Assembly (NCBI GenBank): GCA_035527435.1
Contig: DATLAM010000030.1
Span: forward strand, 1 to 24,603
Reading direction: 5' to 3'
Length of the DNA stretch: 24,603 nucleotides
DNA from: Candidatus Bathyarchaeia archaeon
GTDB lineage: Bacteria > Patescibacteriota > Microgenomatia > PFEM01 > DATLAM01
Below are positions 8,653-18,152 of this stretch, one piece after another; within the stretch, counting starts at the first letter, position 1; every line of letters starts with the position of its first letter. The position numbers were made by a program, and so were the translations under genes. The notes below the pieces were generated by a model. It did not search any database. It saw only the letters and a list, made by a program, of their open reading frames with translations, and was not told the origin of the DNA.

Positions 8653-10133
8653 GATTCTTTAGTTTTGCGGAACGATACTAACATATCCCCTAGTTTAAAG
8701 TCAAGCGGGGGGGTTAAAAGGGCGCCGAACTCTTCACCCTTTTTGGCTCTATCAACGTCTTTTTTACCTTGCTTCATTGATTTAATTCGACAGTCACCGA
8801 TTTTTTCCTTCCCTCTTCTAAGATGAAGCTTATCTCCCTTGGCAATCCTGCCCTGATTTACTTGACAACCAGCAATTTTTTCTTTGTTAATCCCAAACTC
8901 GGCAACAATCTCAGCTTGGCCAAGTTCCTCTTCGTCAGGGGTTGGTTCTGAGATCTTCAAAGCCTTTTTTTCAATCTCTTCTAAAAGCTCATAGATAATT
9001 TTATAGGTCTGAATTTTAACCCCTTCTGTTTGGGCCAATTTTTTGATCTGGGCCGGAATTTTAATATTAAAGCCTAAAAGGAAGCTGTTTGTAGCCGAGG
9101 CTAAAAGAACGTCTGAATCATTAACATCGCCAATCCCAGAAAAGATGATTTCCACTTCCTCGGGAAGGCTGGCCAAAATTGCTTCCATGGTTCCGGCGGC
9201 ATCAGCCTTAAGGATTATCCTTAGCTTTCTTGCTTCTTCGTTTTCTTCAGCTGATTTGGAAGGCTCTTTTTTGGCAACAGCTTTAACTAAATCAGGTTCC
9301 AAGGCTTTTTTATCGCCAACCTTAGTTACTTGGCTACCCGCAGGCGGCAACTCTTTAAATCCTAAAATTTCAACCGGCTTGCCTGGCCCTGCCTGTTTGA
9401 CCCTTTCTCCGTTCTCATCAATCATGGCCTTAACCTTAGCTGAAACTTTACCGGCAACAATCTTATCTTTTAAGCGTAAAGTTCCGTTTTTAACTAAAAC
9501 CGTTCCCACTGGCCCCCGAGCCCGATCAAGTTTTGATTCAATAACCACTGCCTCAAGTACTCCTCCAGGATCCGCCTTAATCTCAGCCATTTCAGCCGAA
9601 AGCAAAATCATTTCTAAAAGATCGTCAATCCCTTTACCGGTTTTAGCCGAAACCGACACAGCCACAATATCGCCTCCAAATCCCTCAACCTGAATGCCGT
9701 TTTCGGCCAAATCTTTTTTAACGCTGTCAACCATTACATTGGGAAGATCAACTTTGGTAATCGCTACCAAATAAGGAGTTTTGGCGGCCTTGATGTGTTT
9801 CAGGCTTTCTAGGGTTTGGGGTTTAACCCCTTCGTCAGCCGCCACAACTAAAACCACCAAATCGGTTGCTTCGGCTCCCCGAGCCCTCATTTTTATAAAA
9901 GCAGAATGGCCAGGGGTATCAATAAAGGTGATCATTTTCCCTTTGTGGAGAACCTGGTAGGCTCCAATATGCTGGGTAATTCCACCAGCCTCTTTAGAGG
10001 CGAGACTGGATTTTCTGATTTTGTCAAGCAAGGTGGTTTTTCCGTGGTCTACGTGGCCTAGAACCGCCACCACTGGCGGCCAAGGGAGAAGGGCTTTTTT
10101 TTTGGCAGGAGCTTTTTTCCTTTTCTTGGCCAT
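8649..10133 (-). CDS. infB: Translation initiation factor IF-2, short form
   Basis: [20 protein letters not shown] and DTPGHSAF motifs plus the C1/C2 domains. The ATG at 10133 is preferred over the track start at 10154. Confidence 0.95.
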   Translation of the reverse strand: MAKKRKKAPAKKKALLPWPPVVAVLGHVDHGKTTLLDKIRKSSLASKEAGGITQHIGAYQVLHKGKMITFIDTPGHSAFIKMRARGAEATDLVVLVVAADEGVKPQTLESLKHIKAAKTPYLVAITKVDLPNVMVDSVKKDLAENGIQVEGFGGDIVAVSVSAKTGKGIDDLLEMILLSAEMAEIKADPGGVLEAVVIESKLDRARGPVGTVLVKNGTLRLKDKIVAGKVSAKVKAMIDENGERVKQAGPGKPVEILGFKELPPAGSQVTKVGDKKALEPDLVKAVAKKEPSKSAEENEEARKLRIILKADAAGTMEAILASLPEEVEIIFSGIGDVNDSDVLLASATNSFLLGFNIKIPAQIKKLAQTEGVKIQTYKIIYELLEEIEKKALKISEPTPDEEELGQAEIVAEFGINKEKIAGCQVNQGRIAKGDKLHLRRGKEKIGDCRIKSMKQGKKDVDRAKKGEEFGALLTPPLDFKLGDMLVSFRKTKES

Positions 10134-10383
10134 GTTTTTTGAATAAACTTTCAATCTCCAAATCTTTTTTAAAAGTTTTCTTAAAAGTCTTGTTTTGGTA
10201 TGCCCGGTTTAAACAGGCCTTTTTTACCCCTTCTCTTGATTTGCAAAGATAGGCACCGCGGCCTTGGGCCTTGCCTGAAGGATCAAGGATTACCTGATCT
10301 TTTTTAACTACTAACCGAGCAAGTTTTTCTTTTTTTTGTTTTACTAAGCACCCAACACAAGTGCGTTGCGAGACCTTTTTCAC
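10024..10383 (-). CDS. ylxR: YlxR/RnpM (DUF448) family RNA-binding protein
   Basis: RTCVGC and GRGAYLC motifs. GTGA overlap with the nusA stop. Typical nusA-ylxR-infB synteny. Confidence 0.85.
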   Translation of the reverse strand: MKKVSQRTCVGCLVKQKKEKLARLVVKKDQVILDPSGKAQGRGAYLCKSREGVKKACLNRAYQNKTFKKTFKKDLEIESLFKKHGQEKEKSSCQKKSPSPLAASGGGSRPRRPRKNHLA

Positions 10384-11549
10384 TTGACGACTTTCTCAAT
10401 TTCCTTGAGCGCTTTTGGCCCTAAGCCTTTAATCTTAGCCAGTTCTTTTTTAGATTTCTTTTTCAAGTCTTCGAGTGTTTCTATTTTCGCCTTCCCTAAA
10501 GAATTGATAACCCTTTTGGTTAAACCCGCTTTGGCAAGTTCTGATTCCTCCTCACTAGCCTTTTTTGGTTTCCTGGCTGTCTTTTTGGCACCTTTAATAT
10601 CAATTCTATAACCGGTAAGCTTGGCGGCCAAACGAACGTTTTGGCCTTCTCTGCCAATGGCCAAGGAGAGTTGGTCATCAGGCATGGCCACCACCGCTGT
10701 TTTCTTCTTTTCATCAATCTCCACCTTGACCCCCTCTGCTGGGGATAAAGCCGCGGTAATAAATTTTACCGGATCATCACTGTAGCCAATGACATCAATC
10801 TTTTCGCCGTTTAATTCACTGATAACTGCCTGGACCCGAACCCCCTTCTGACCAACACAAGAGCCCACCGGATCAACGCCTACCTGACTTGAAGAAACAG
10901 CTATTTTGGTCCGGCTACCCGCTTCCCGGGCAATCGCCCTGACTTTTACTGCCCCGTTAGAAACTTCAGGTACTTCGCGCCGGAAAAGACTTTCAACCAG
11001 ACCCTCATGGGACCGGGAAACAATCACCTCTTGGCCTCGGGTTGACTCGCTGATTCCTTCAATATAAAAAGTAAGGCGTTGATTAAGCTGATATCTTTCT
11101 GACCTAGTTTGCTCTTGGGGGGGCATCACCCCTTCCGTTTTACCTATATCGACAATCACATTAGGACCATCAAACCGCAAAATCATGCCGTTGACAAGGG
11201 TGCCTACTTTTTCGGAATATTCAGCGATCACCGCATCTTTTTCTGCTTCTCTGATTTTTTGTAAAATCACTTGCTTGGCAGTTTGAGCGGCAATCCGGCC
11301 AAAACCCGGAGGAGTAATATCTTTTTTTTGCTTTTTTTTGCCTTCTTCCCAAGAATAGACTCTGGCCCCACCTGTGTTAGGATCCAATTCAACTTCGTAC
11401 TCAAGGTCCTCTTTAAGACCAAAGTCCTTTCTGTAGGCTGCTAAAATAGCGGTTTTGATGGTTTCCAAAACCACCTCAGGTTCAACTCCTCGCTCAAGAC
11501 AAACTTGATTAAGGGCTGACGCAAATTCTGTTCGGGCTTTAATAGCCAT
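10380..11549 (-). CDS. nusA: Transcription termination/antitermination factor NusA with a C-terminal alphaCTD-like HhH domain
   Basis: FGRIAAQTAKQVILQKIREAE, S1, KH1 (AREAGSRTKIAV; GSCVGQKG) and KH2 (LSLAIGREGQNVRLAAKLTG). Confidence 0.97.
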   Translation of the reverse strand: MAIKARTEFASALNQVCLERGVEPEVVLETIKTAILAAYRKDFGLKEDLEYEVELDPNTGGARVYSWEEGKKKQKKDITPPGFGRIAAQTAKQVILQKIREAEKDAVIAEYSEKVGTLVNGMILRFDGPNVIVDIGKTEGVMPPQEQTRSERYQLNQRLTFYIEGISESTRGQEVIVSRSHEGLVESLFRREVPEVSNGAVKVRAIAREAGSRTKIAVSSSQVGVDPVGSCVGQKGVRVQAVISELNGEKIDVIGYSDDPVKFITAALSPAEGVKVEIDEKKKTAVVAMPDDQLSLAIGREGQNVRLAAKLTGYRIDIKGAKKTARKPKKASEEESELAKAGLTKRVINSLGKAKIETLEDLKKKSKKELAKIKGLGPKALKEIEKVVK

Positions 11550-11562
11550 CTTCCTTCTTAGT

Positions 11563-11585
11563 AAAAAAGGTGGGAAACCCCACCT
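11563..11585 (-). terminator. Intrinsic terminator-like hairpin in the nusA leader
   Basis: AGGTGGG-GTTT-CCCACCT followed by TTTTT, ending 13 nt upstream of the nusA ATG. Confidence 0.7.
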
Positions 11586-11610
11586 CTAAACCTTTCTTAA
11601 CCTTACCAGG

Positions 11611-11639
11611 ATTTTATCAAGAAAATTAAGGGAAGTCAA
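11611..11639 (-). promoter_or_regulatory. Sigma70 promoter for the nusA operon
   Basis: TTGACT-17 nt-TAAAAT with TG extended -10. Confidence 0.8.
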
Positions 11640-11648
11640 ATGAAAAAA

Positions 11649-12545
11649 CTATTCTCCAAGCTTCTTAAGCGCCTCTTTTTGCTCCCGGGTGAGTTTTTCG
11701 GGAATCTTAACCTGAAGGCGGACATATTGATCGCCCCGGCCAAAACCGCGGAGGTTTTTAATCCCTTTGCCTCGAAGGCGGATCATCGTTCCCGGCTGAG
11801 CACCGGACCTGATCCTTAATTTAACCTCGCCATCAATTGTAGGCACTTCCGTTGTTCCGCCTAAAATTGCCATGCTTAAGGGAATTTGATGGCTGGTAAA
11901 AACATCCAGTCCATCTCGCTGAAAAGTCTTATCAGGCCGAACGTCAATAGTGATATCAAAGTCAGTAAACCGGATCCGAGAGCCATCATCAACACCAGGT
12001 GGGATTTTGATTATTTTCTGTTTATCATCTATTCTGACCTTTTTCTCACAACCCTTAGCAGCTTCCATAAAAGAAATGCTTAGGCCATAGCGAGGCTTGG
12101 TTTCTTGGCGACCAAAGGGAGAACCACCACCAAAAAATTGCTCAAAGATCTCAAAAGGATCAGAAAAGCCGCCAAAATCACCCCCGCTCCTTGACCCCCC
12201 GCCATAGGTGGTGTAAGTATAAGTAAACGGGCCCTTTTTATGAGTTTGGCTAAAACCGCCAGGAAAACCGCCGGCAAAAGGCCCACCAGCTCCTCCGGCC
12301 CCAGCCCCACCATACCGGGGATCAAAGGCAACATGACCAAATTGATCATAAGTCTCTTTTTTCTTGGGATTAGATAAAATCTCGTAGGCTTCGTTGATTT
12401 CTTTGAATTTTTCGTTAGCCTGAGAAGTTTTGTTCCTGTCCGGATGCCACTGAAGAGCCAGTTTCCGATAAGCCTTCCTTATTTCCTCTTTTGAAGACTT
12501 TTTAGAAACACCAAGAATGTCATAGTAATCTCGTTTATTTGGCAT
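11649..12545 (-). CDS. dnaJ: DnaJ-family co-chaperone without zinc finger (class B/CbpA-like)
   Basis: J domain with HPD, G/F-rich region and C-terminal domain. No CxxCxGxG repeats. Confidence 0.92.
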   Translation of the reverse strand: MPNKRDYYDILGVSKKSSKEEIRKAYRKLALQWHPDRNKTSQANEKFKEINEAYEILSNPKKKETYDQFGHVAFDPRYGGAGAGGAGGPFAGGFPGGFSQTHKKGPFTYTYTTYGGGSRSGGDFGGFSDPFEIFEQFFGGGSPFGRQETKPRYGLSISFMEAAKGCEKKVRIDDKQKIIKIPPGVDDGSRIRFTDFDITIDVRPDKTFQRDGLDVFTSHQIPLSMAILGGTTEVPTIDGEVKLRIRSGAQPGTMIRLRGKGIKNLRGFGRGDQYVRLQVKIPEKLTREQKEALKKLGE

Positions 12546-12549
12546 AACA

Positions 12550-14460
12550 TTATTCTACCACTTCTCCTTCTTCAGCCTCATCCTTCGCCTTTCTTCCAGC
12601 TTTCTTTTCAGGAGCTTTCTTTTTGTCATCAGCTGGCGGAGCCTGTTCTTGGTCCTGCTGGGCCTGATACATAGCCGCGCCGACTTTTTGAAGCTCCTCA
12701 GAAAGCTTTTTTGAAACCTCTTCAAATTGGTCTTTAGTGGTGTCTTCTTTTTCTAAAATCTTTTTAACGTTTTTTATCTCTGCTTCAACTTTTTCTTTTT
12801 CCTCTTTTTTGACTTTATCCCCAGCCTCTTTTAAGGTTTTTTCGGCAGTAAAGACCAACCCATCGGCTTGGTTTCTGGCCTCAATCCGCTCTTTTTTCCC
12901 TTGATCCTCTTCAGCATGCTTTTCTGCTTCAGATTGAGCCTGTTTGACCTCATCATCAGAAAGTCCAACGGCGCCTTTGATAACAATTGACTGAGATTTA
13001 TTGGTGGCCTTATCAACCGCCTTAACATTTAAAATCCCATTGGCATCAATATCAAAGGCAACTTCAATTTGAGGAATACCTCTGGGCGCAGGCGGAATGC
13101 CGGCCAAAATAAATTTACCCAAGGATTTGTTGTCAACCGCCATAGGCCGTTCGCCTTGTAAAACATTAATCTCCACCTGGGTTTGATTATCAGCCGCGGT
13201 GGAGAAAATCTGGGATTTGGAGGTAGGCACCGTAGTGTTTCTTTCAATTAAGGGTGTTCTCACTGCTCCCAGGGTCTCAATCCCTAAAGTTAAAGGGGTC
13301 ACATCTAACAAAAGAACGTCTTTGACCTCGCCGCCCAAAACACCACCCTGAATCGCGGCTCCAACCGCCACCACCTCATCAGGATTAACCGATTTATTAG
13401 GTTCTTTGCCAAAGAATTTTTTAACCGTTTCATAAACCTTAGGCATTCGGGTCATCCCGCCCACAAGAATAATCTCCTTAATGTCTTTGGCTTCAATCTT
13501 GGCGTCTTTAAAGCAAGCCTTAACCGGGCCCATGGTTTCCTCAATCAAATTATCGACCAGCTGCTCCAATTTTGCCCGGGTTAGCTTCAAAGTCAAATGA
13601 AGGGGCTGGCCATCCTTGCCTTGGGTGATAAAAGGCTGGTTAACCTCTGTTTCTTGGGAGGAGGAAAGCTCAATCTTGGCCCTCTCGGCAGCATCTCGAA
13701 TTCTTTGGAGGGCCTGCTTGTCTTCCCGCAGATCTATCCCGTGTTCTTTTTTAAACTCATCGGCAATCCAGTCTAAAATCCGCTGGTCAAAATCATCACC
13801 ACCTAAATGGGTGTTACCATTGGTGGCCTTAACCTCAAAAACGCCATCTCCAATCTCCAAAATTGAGATATCAAAAGTCCCGCCCCCTAAATCATAAACC
13901 GCAATCGTTTCCCCGCCTTTTTTATCCAAACCATAAGCCAATGAGGCGGCAGTAGGTTCGTTGATAATCCGCTCAACCTTCAAGCCTGCAATTTCGCCGG
14001 CCTGCTTGGTTGCCTGGCGCTGGGAATCATCAAAGTAGGCCGGAACGGTAATAACTGCCTGGTTAACCTTCTCGCCTAAATAAGCCTCGGCGTCAGCCTT
14101 GCATTTGGCTAAAACCTTGGCAGAAATCTCCTGGGGAGTATATTCTTTGCCACCCACTTCAACCACAGCCATGCCGTCTTTGCCGCTTTTGATTTTGTAG
14201 GGGACCATCTTTTGGCTTTTTTTGGTCTCACTATCGGTAAAGCGCCGACCCATCAACCGTTTAATAGAATAGATTGTGTTGTCGGGATTCAAAATCATCT
14301 GGCGCTTGGCCACCTCGCCCACCAGATTTTTCACCGGCTCAACAACGGAAGGGATGATGTTTCGCCCTTCAGCCGAAGGAATTACCTTAGGCTTGCCGGC
14401 CTCCATCACCGCCACACAGGAGTTGGTAGTCCCTAAATCAATGCCAATAATTTTACTCAT
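12550..14460 (-). CDS. dnaK: Chaperone DnaK (Hsp70)
   Basis: [31 protein letters not shown] and LLLDVTPL motifs. AGGAGG SD upstream. Confidence 0.99.
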   Translation of the reverse strand: MSKIIGIDLGTTNSCVAVMEAGKPKVIPSAEGRNIIPSVVEPVKNLVGEVAKRQMILNPDNTIYSIKRLMGRRFTDSETKKSQKMVPYKIKSGKDGMAVVEVGGKEYTPQEISAKVLAKCKADAEAYLGEKVNQAVITVPAYFDDSQRQATKQAGEIAGLKVERIINEPTAASLAYGLDKKGGETIAVYDLGGGTFDISILEIGDGVFEVKATNGNTHLGGDDFDQRILDWIADEFKKEHGIDLREDKQALQRIRDAAERAKIELSSSQETEVNQPFITQGKDGQPLHLTLKLTRAKLEQLVDNLIEETMGPVKACFKDAKIEAKDIKEIILVGGMTRMPKVYETVKKFFGKEPNKSVNPDEVVAVGAAIQGGVLGGEVKDVLLLDVTPLTLGIETLGAVRTPLIERNTTVPTSKSQIFSTAADNQTQVEINVLQGERPMAVDNKSLGKFILAGIPPAPRGIPQIEVAFDIDANGILNVKAVDKATNKSQSIVIKGAVGLSDDEVKQAQSEAEKHAEEDQGKKERIEARNQADGLVFTAEKTLKEAGDKVKKEEKEKVEAEIKNVKKILEKEDTTKDQFEEVSKKLSEELQKVGAAMYQAQQDQEQAPPADDKKKAPEKKAGRKAKDEAEEGEVVE

Positions 14461-14897
14461 GCTCTTTTGCCTCCTTTGCCAACCCGGACTTTAGCCGGGC
14501 GCAAAACTTTATCTGCCAGCTGGTAACCTTTCTGGCTTACTTCTACCACCACGTTTTCCGGCCCCTGGCAAATCCCCACACAGTCCATTGTTTCCGGATC
14601 AAACTTTTCATTCAATGCTTTAATTTCTTCAACCTCTTCCGTTTTTAAAACCTGCCGGAATTGATTAACGGCCATGGTTAAACCCTTGTCTTTCAAATGT
14701 CTTTCCGCCCGTTCTAAATCATCTAAAACCGCTAGCAATTTGTCAACTAGGGAAGCATTGGCGAATTTAACCAAATCCGCTTTGCCTTTCTCAATTCTTT
14801 TTTCAAGGTTGCGGTAATCAGCCGCTACCCGCTTCCATTTATTCTCTAAATCAACTAGTCTTTCTTCAAGTTGAGACTTAGTCAACTTCCCACCCAT
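14457..14897 (-). CDS. grpE: Nucleotide exchange factor GrpE (short)
   Basis: [24 protein letters not shown] and [16 protein letters not shown] motifs. The ATG at 14897, just after the hrcA stop, is preferred over the TTG at 14924. Confidence 0.92.
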   Translation of the reverse strand: MGGKLTKSQLEERLVDLENKWKRVAADYRNLEKRIEKGKADLVKFANASLVDKLLAVLDDLERAERHLKDKGLTMAVNQFRQVLKTEEVEEIKALNEKFDPETMDCVGICQGPENVVVEVSQKGYQLADKVLRPAKVRVGKGGKRA

Positions 14898-14898
14898 T

Positions 14899-15630
14899 TT
14901 AAACCCCTTTTGCCAGTTCTTCAATTAAATTACCAAAATAGCGGACAGTGGGGATAATCCGCGGATAATAAAGCCGAGACGGGCCAATCACACCCAGAGA
15001 ACCACTTCTTTCAGGCCCAGCTTCAAAATGGGTAAAAACCATCCCGCAAGGCTCTAAAAAATCATAGCCCAATTCCTCACCTATAAGAAGATGGATTGGC
15101 TCTTCCCCAAACGATTTTTCAAAAAGACCTAAAAGGCTTTGCACCTCTTCAAGCATGGAAAGAACTGTCCTGGTCACATCAATATCGTAAAATTCGGGTG
15201 CCTCAAGAATATTTGCGTAGCCGGCGTGATAAACATCGCCTTCCTTGGTGGCGGCAACTGCCAAGGCCCGAGTCCTCTCTGCCAAGGCTCGGGTAACTTC
15301 CTGCATCAACTTGTCAAAATCATACCGGGCATCCCAAACTTTTTCTTTGGCGGCCACCTCTTCGGCTACCGAAAGCTTTTCTTCCTTCATTAAAGTAGAA
15401 ACATAGAATTTAAAGGCTGTCGGAGTCGGCGTTCTGCCGGCTGAGGTATGAGGCTGTTTAAGATAGCCTTCTTTTGTCAAGGCAATCATCTCATTACGGA
15501 TTGTTGCCGGCGAAACTCCCAGTTCATGCTTTTTCTCCAAAGCCTCTGAGCCCACCGGCTCGGCAATCTTCATGTATTCTTCAATAATCGCCTTTAAAAT
15601 TTTAGTCTGTCGGTCAGTCAACTCAGACAT
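14899..15630 (-). CDS. hrcA: Heat-inducible transcription repressor HrcA (compact, 243 aa)
   Basis: LTDRQ..IL.AII..Y....EPVGS..L, SPATIRNEM, QPHTSAGRTPT and GVIGP motifs. The ATG at 15630 is preferred because the track's TTG at 15669 is the promoter -35. Confidence 0.93.
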   Translation of the reverse strand: MSELTDRQTKILKAIIEEYMKIAEPVGSEALEKKHELGVSPATIRNEMIALTKEGYLKQPHTSAGRTPTPTAFKFYVSTLMKEEKLSVAEEVAAKEKVWDARYDFDKLMQEVTRALAERTRALAVAATKEGDVYHAGYANILEAPEFYDIDVTRTVLSMLEEVQSLLGLFEKSFGEEPIHLLIGEELGYDFLEPCGMVFTHFEAGPERSGSLGVIGPSRLYYPRIIPTVRYFGNLIEELAKGV

Positions 15631-15632
15631 AA

Positions 15633-15659
15633 TTAGCACTCTTATAACATAACTGCTAA
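15633..15659. promoter_or_regulatory. CIRCE operator (HrcA binding site)
   Basis: TTAGCACTC-N9-AACTGCTAA versus consensus TTAGCACTC-N9-GAGTGCTAA (2 mismatches), immediately upstream of hrcA. Confidence 0.9.
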
Positions 15660-15669
15660 TATTTGTCAA
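15641..15669 (-). promoter_or_regulatory. Sigma70 promoter of the hrcA-grpE-dnaK-dnaJ operon
   Basis: TTGACA-17 nt-TATAAG with TG extended -10, overlapping CIRCE. Confidence 0.85.
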
Positions 15670-15748
15670 GAGGTTAATTGTTTTTTCTGCTCAACTCCCA
15701 AAAAAGGTGTCAAAAAATTTATTATAAAAATAAACTTCATTGAAAAAA

Positions 15749-15777
15749 TTGAAAAAAAAGGAAGAACTTATTATAAT
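15749..15777 (+). promoter_or_regulatory. Sigma70 promoter of the secreted-protein cluster
   Basis: TTGAAA-17 nt-TATAAT in an AT-rich region, about 50 nt upstream of the ATG at 15827. Confidence 0.7.
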
Positions 15778-15826
15778 TTAAATGCGATCAGCGGTGGTTT
15801 AAAATTTTGGTCTAATAAAAATAAAA

Positions 15827-18121
15827 ATGGGGAAGAAAAAACGAATAGCCTCTCTTTTGAGCTTATTAGTCATTAGCTTGCTCTTGGCCAGAAACAAGCC
15901 AAAAATAAAACCTGTTTCAGCCGCTCCCCCACCAATTCCCAATCCGCTAATTTTAAGTTATGGAGGATTTGATAGCGTTTTTGAGCCTACCTTGCTTAAT
16001 GAAGAAAGAGAGACTCCTGTCCCCAATGTGGTCGAGTCTCGAGTCTCGATAAATTACCCCCAAGAAGCAAAAGAAGGGGTGAAAATTCTCATTGAAAAGG
16101 GCGTTCTGCCTGCTTTCCACGTCCCCTCTCTTCCCAGAACCGGCCATACTTATTGGTGGAACGATCTGGATTGTGTCAATAACGAAGCTAATTTTGAGGC
16201 CTGTGTTCAATATAATGTTGACCTCTGGGAAAGTGCTTTTACCAACGATTTGGACGGTTTTCTTCCAGGAGGCTATAAAGCCCTTGCGGTTGACGAGATC
16301 GGTCTTTGGACTGAAGATGAAAACAGCCGGAGGACAAGAATTAAACTAGAAACTTTAAAACGGGTCAAACAAAATTACCCCGACCGATTGATTTTTGTTT
16401 GGGGCTGTTGTATTGGCTCCGAGGAAGGAACTAGCCTTTCAATTAAAACCCTTACTTATATTAAAAATTATGCCGACCGGATGATATATGAAATCTATCT
16501 TCCCGAATTGACGCCCCAAAGTAGAAGAGATTACTATTTTAGTAAATATTTTAAAAACCGTATCCTCAACTTAAAAAACGCCTGTCAAGGAAAAAGCTGT
16601 GAAGGTGTCCTGGCAAAAACGGTCATTGGCTTGGGAACGGCTGACACCGAAGATTGGGCTTACGATCGCGATCCCTCGGTTGACTTTCCTGATTTCCTTG
16701 ACGCCGAAATTCACTATATTAGAAATACCTCAATTCTAAAAGATCTACCAGGCATTGCTTTTTATTCTTACGCCCTCACCCGGCCAGAAACAATCACTTG
16801 GATTAATAAACTTGTTCGACACTACTACCTCGATCGCCAGACTTCTTTTTTAGGCGACGGAAATGATGCTTTAACTTATGTTTCCAACCCCAGCTTTGAG
16901 CAGTCTGATGGCTGGGAATTTCGACCCGGGAGCGGGGGTCAAATCACCTATAAAGACACCGCTGCGGTTGGTCTTACCACCCCCGGAAAATTACCTCGCG
17001 TCCCTCACGGCAACAGAGTTCTTTATATGAAAAAAGGATCGTCCCAGAATGTCGTCACCCAGACAATCTCTCTTTCTCCCAGAAGCTTTTACCACCTTGA
17101 CGTTTATGCCAAAAAACAAACCCCTCCTTACGAGGCAGCCCATGCTGACGTTCAGGTCATTGATGCCGCCGGGAATAGCCTAATTAGCTTCAAAGAAAAA
17201 AAAGAGGTTGATTCCAGCAGTAGGCTTGATTTTGTCGCCAAATACCATAATTGGACCCGATTTAGGATTGAATTTAAAACACCTCCAGAAATAAAGACAG
17301 TCAAAATTATTCTTTCTGATAACCAGGTAGTTCCAGGTGAAGTCACTCTTTGGGATTTTATCGAGCTGGAAAGATTAAAAGCAGGCAGCCTAACGGCTGG
17401 CCTTGGCGGCCAAAATGTCAGTCAAGAAATTTTTAAAAACCCTGGCTTTGAACAGGGGTTGTTTTATTGGCGAGAGTGGCAGGCCTACAATAATACTCTT
17501 CACGGACAGGCTGTTTCTAGCCCGGTTAAAGATGGAGCTAAGAGCCTCTTGGTCCAAAGCGATGTAGGCACCGATGTTTGGCGTCAAGACATCTTTTTGC
17601 AACCCCCTCAAGTCTACAAAATTTCAGGCTGGGTATACCTTAAAGAAACATCGGAAAACGGCAAGGCTTACCTTTATGTTAGAGGGATTAAAAACCAAGG
17701 CGGCTCCACCGATTTTTCTGTTTTGACTGATAGTTCCAGGTTGAACCAGTGGCAATACATTGAAAAAGAATTCCAGTTTGGCTGGGCATACAAAAATGTC
17801 GCCGAGGCAGCCAGTCGAACCACCGGAGCCACCAAGGCTTTTTTTGATGAGCTTAAAATTGAGGCGGGGGGTTCCGCTATTGCCACTCCCACGCCTTCTC
17901 CCCCTTCCCTGTCTCTTTCTCCTGGCTGGAATCAGGTTACCTGGCTTAATGTCGCCGGTAAAAAAGCCTCAGATATTCCTGATGCTTGCCCCATTGCCGT
18001 CTCCCAACAAAACTTCTGGTTTAAGCCTTATGTAAAGAATTTTGGTGGAGCGAATTTTGAGCTTGAGGGTGGGAAAATATATTATCTAAAATGTAATCAG
18101 GAAGTTGTTTGGACTCTTTAA
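15827..18121 (+). CDS. Exported protein A: putative glycoside-hydrolase-like barrel, two CBM4/9-like (galactose-binding fold) domains, short PT linker and shared C-terminal module
   Basis: Basic then hydrophobic N-terminus. VDEIG/MIYEIY barrel-like region. Two N-P-[SG]-F-E-initiated beta-sandwich domains (YVSNPSFEQ, IFKNPGFEQ). ATPTPSP linker. Domain calls are by pattern recognition. Confidence 0.65.
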   Translation: MGKKKRIASLLSLLVISLLLARNKPKIKPVSAAPPPIPNPLILSYGGFDSVFEPTLLNEERETPVPNVVESRVSINYPQEAKEGVKILIEKGVLPAFHVPSLPRTGHTYWWNDLDCVNNEANFEACVQYNVDLWESAFTNDLDGFLPGGYKALAVDEIGLWTEDENSRRTRIKLETLKRVKQNYPDRLIFVWGCCIGSEEGTSLSIKTLTYIKNYADRMIYEIYLPELTPQSRRDYYFSKYFKNRILNLKNACQGKSCEGVLAKTVIGLGTADTEDWAYDRDPSVDFPDFLDAEIHYIRNTSILKDLPGIAFYSYALTRPETITWINKLVRHYYLDRQTSFLGDGNDALTYVSNPSFEQSDGWEFRPGSGGQITYKDTAAVGLTTPGKLPRVPHGNRVLYMKKGSSQNVVTQTISLSPRSFYHLDVYAKKQTPPYEAAHADVQVIDAAGNSLISFKEKKEVDSSSRLDFVAKYHNWTRFRIEFKTPPEIKTVKIILSDNQVVPGEVTLWDFIELERLKAGSLTAGLGGQNVSQEIFKNPGFEQGLFYWREWQAYNNTLHGQAVSSPVKDGAKSLLVQSDVGTDVWRQDIFLQPPQVYKISGWVYLKETSENGKAYLYVRGIKNQGGSTDFSVLTDSSRLNQWQYIEKEFQFGWAYKNVAEAASRTTGATKAFFDELKIEAGGSAIATPTPSPPSLSLSPGWNQVTWLNVAGKKASDIPDACPIAVSQQNFWFKPYVKNFGGANFELEGGKIYYLKCNQEVVWTL
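17906..18121 (+). repeat. Shared 71-aa C-terminal module, copy 1
   Basis: Aligns without gaps to copies 2 and 3. 216 nt including the stop. Confidence 0.95.
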
Positions 18122-18152
18122 AAAAAGCACCAGATTTAATTCTTAAAACAAA

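Noticed and set aside
9043-9693. 216-aa plus-strand ORF, and similar antisense ORFs over pnp, udg/lon and dnaK
   Set aside because: Fully antisense to conserved genes, with no recognisable motifs.
15631-15669. Track start of hrcA at TTG 15669
   Set aside because: That TTG is the TTGACA -35 box, and the extension would run through CIRCE. HrcA homology begins at ATG 15630.
15684-15713. Second TTGACA on the minus strand at 15708-15713
   Set aside because: No acceptable -10 at 16-18 nt spacing.
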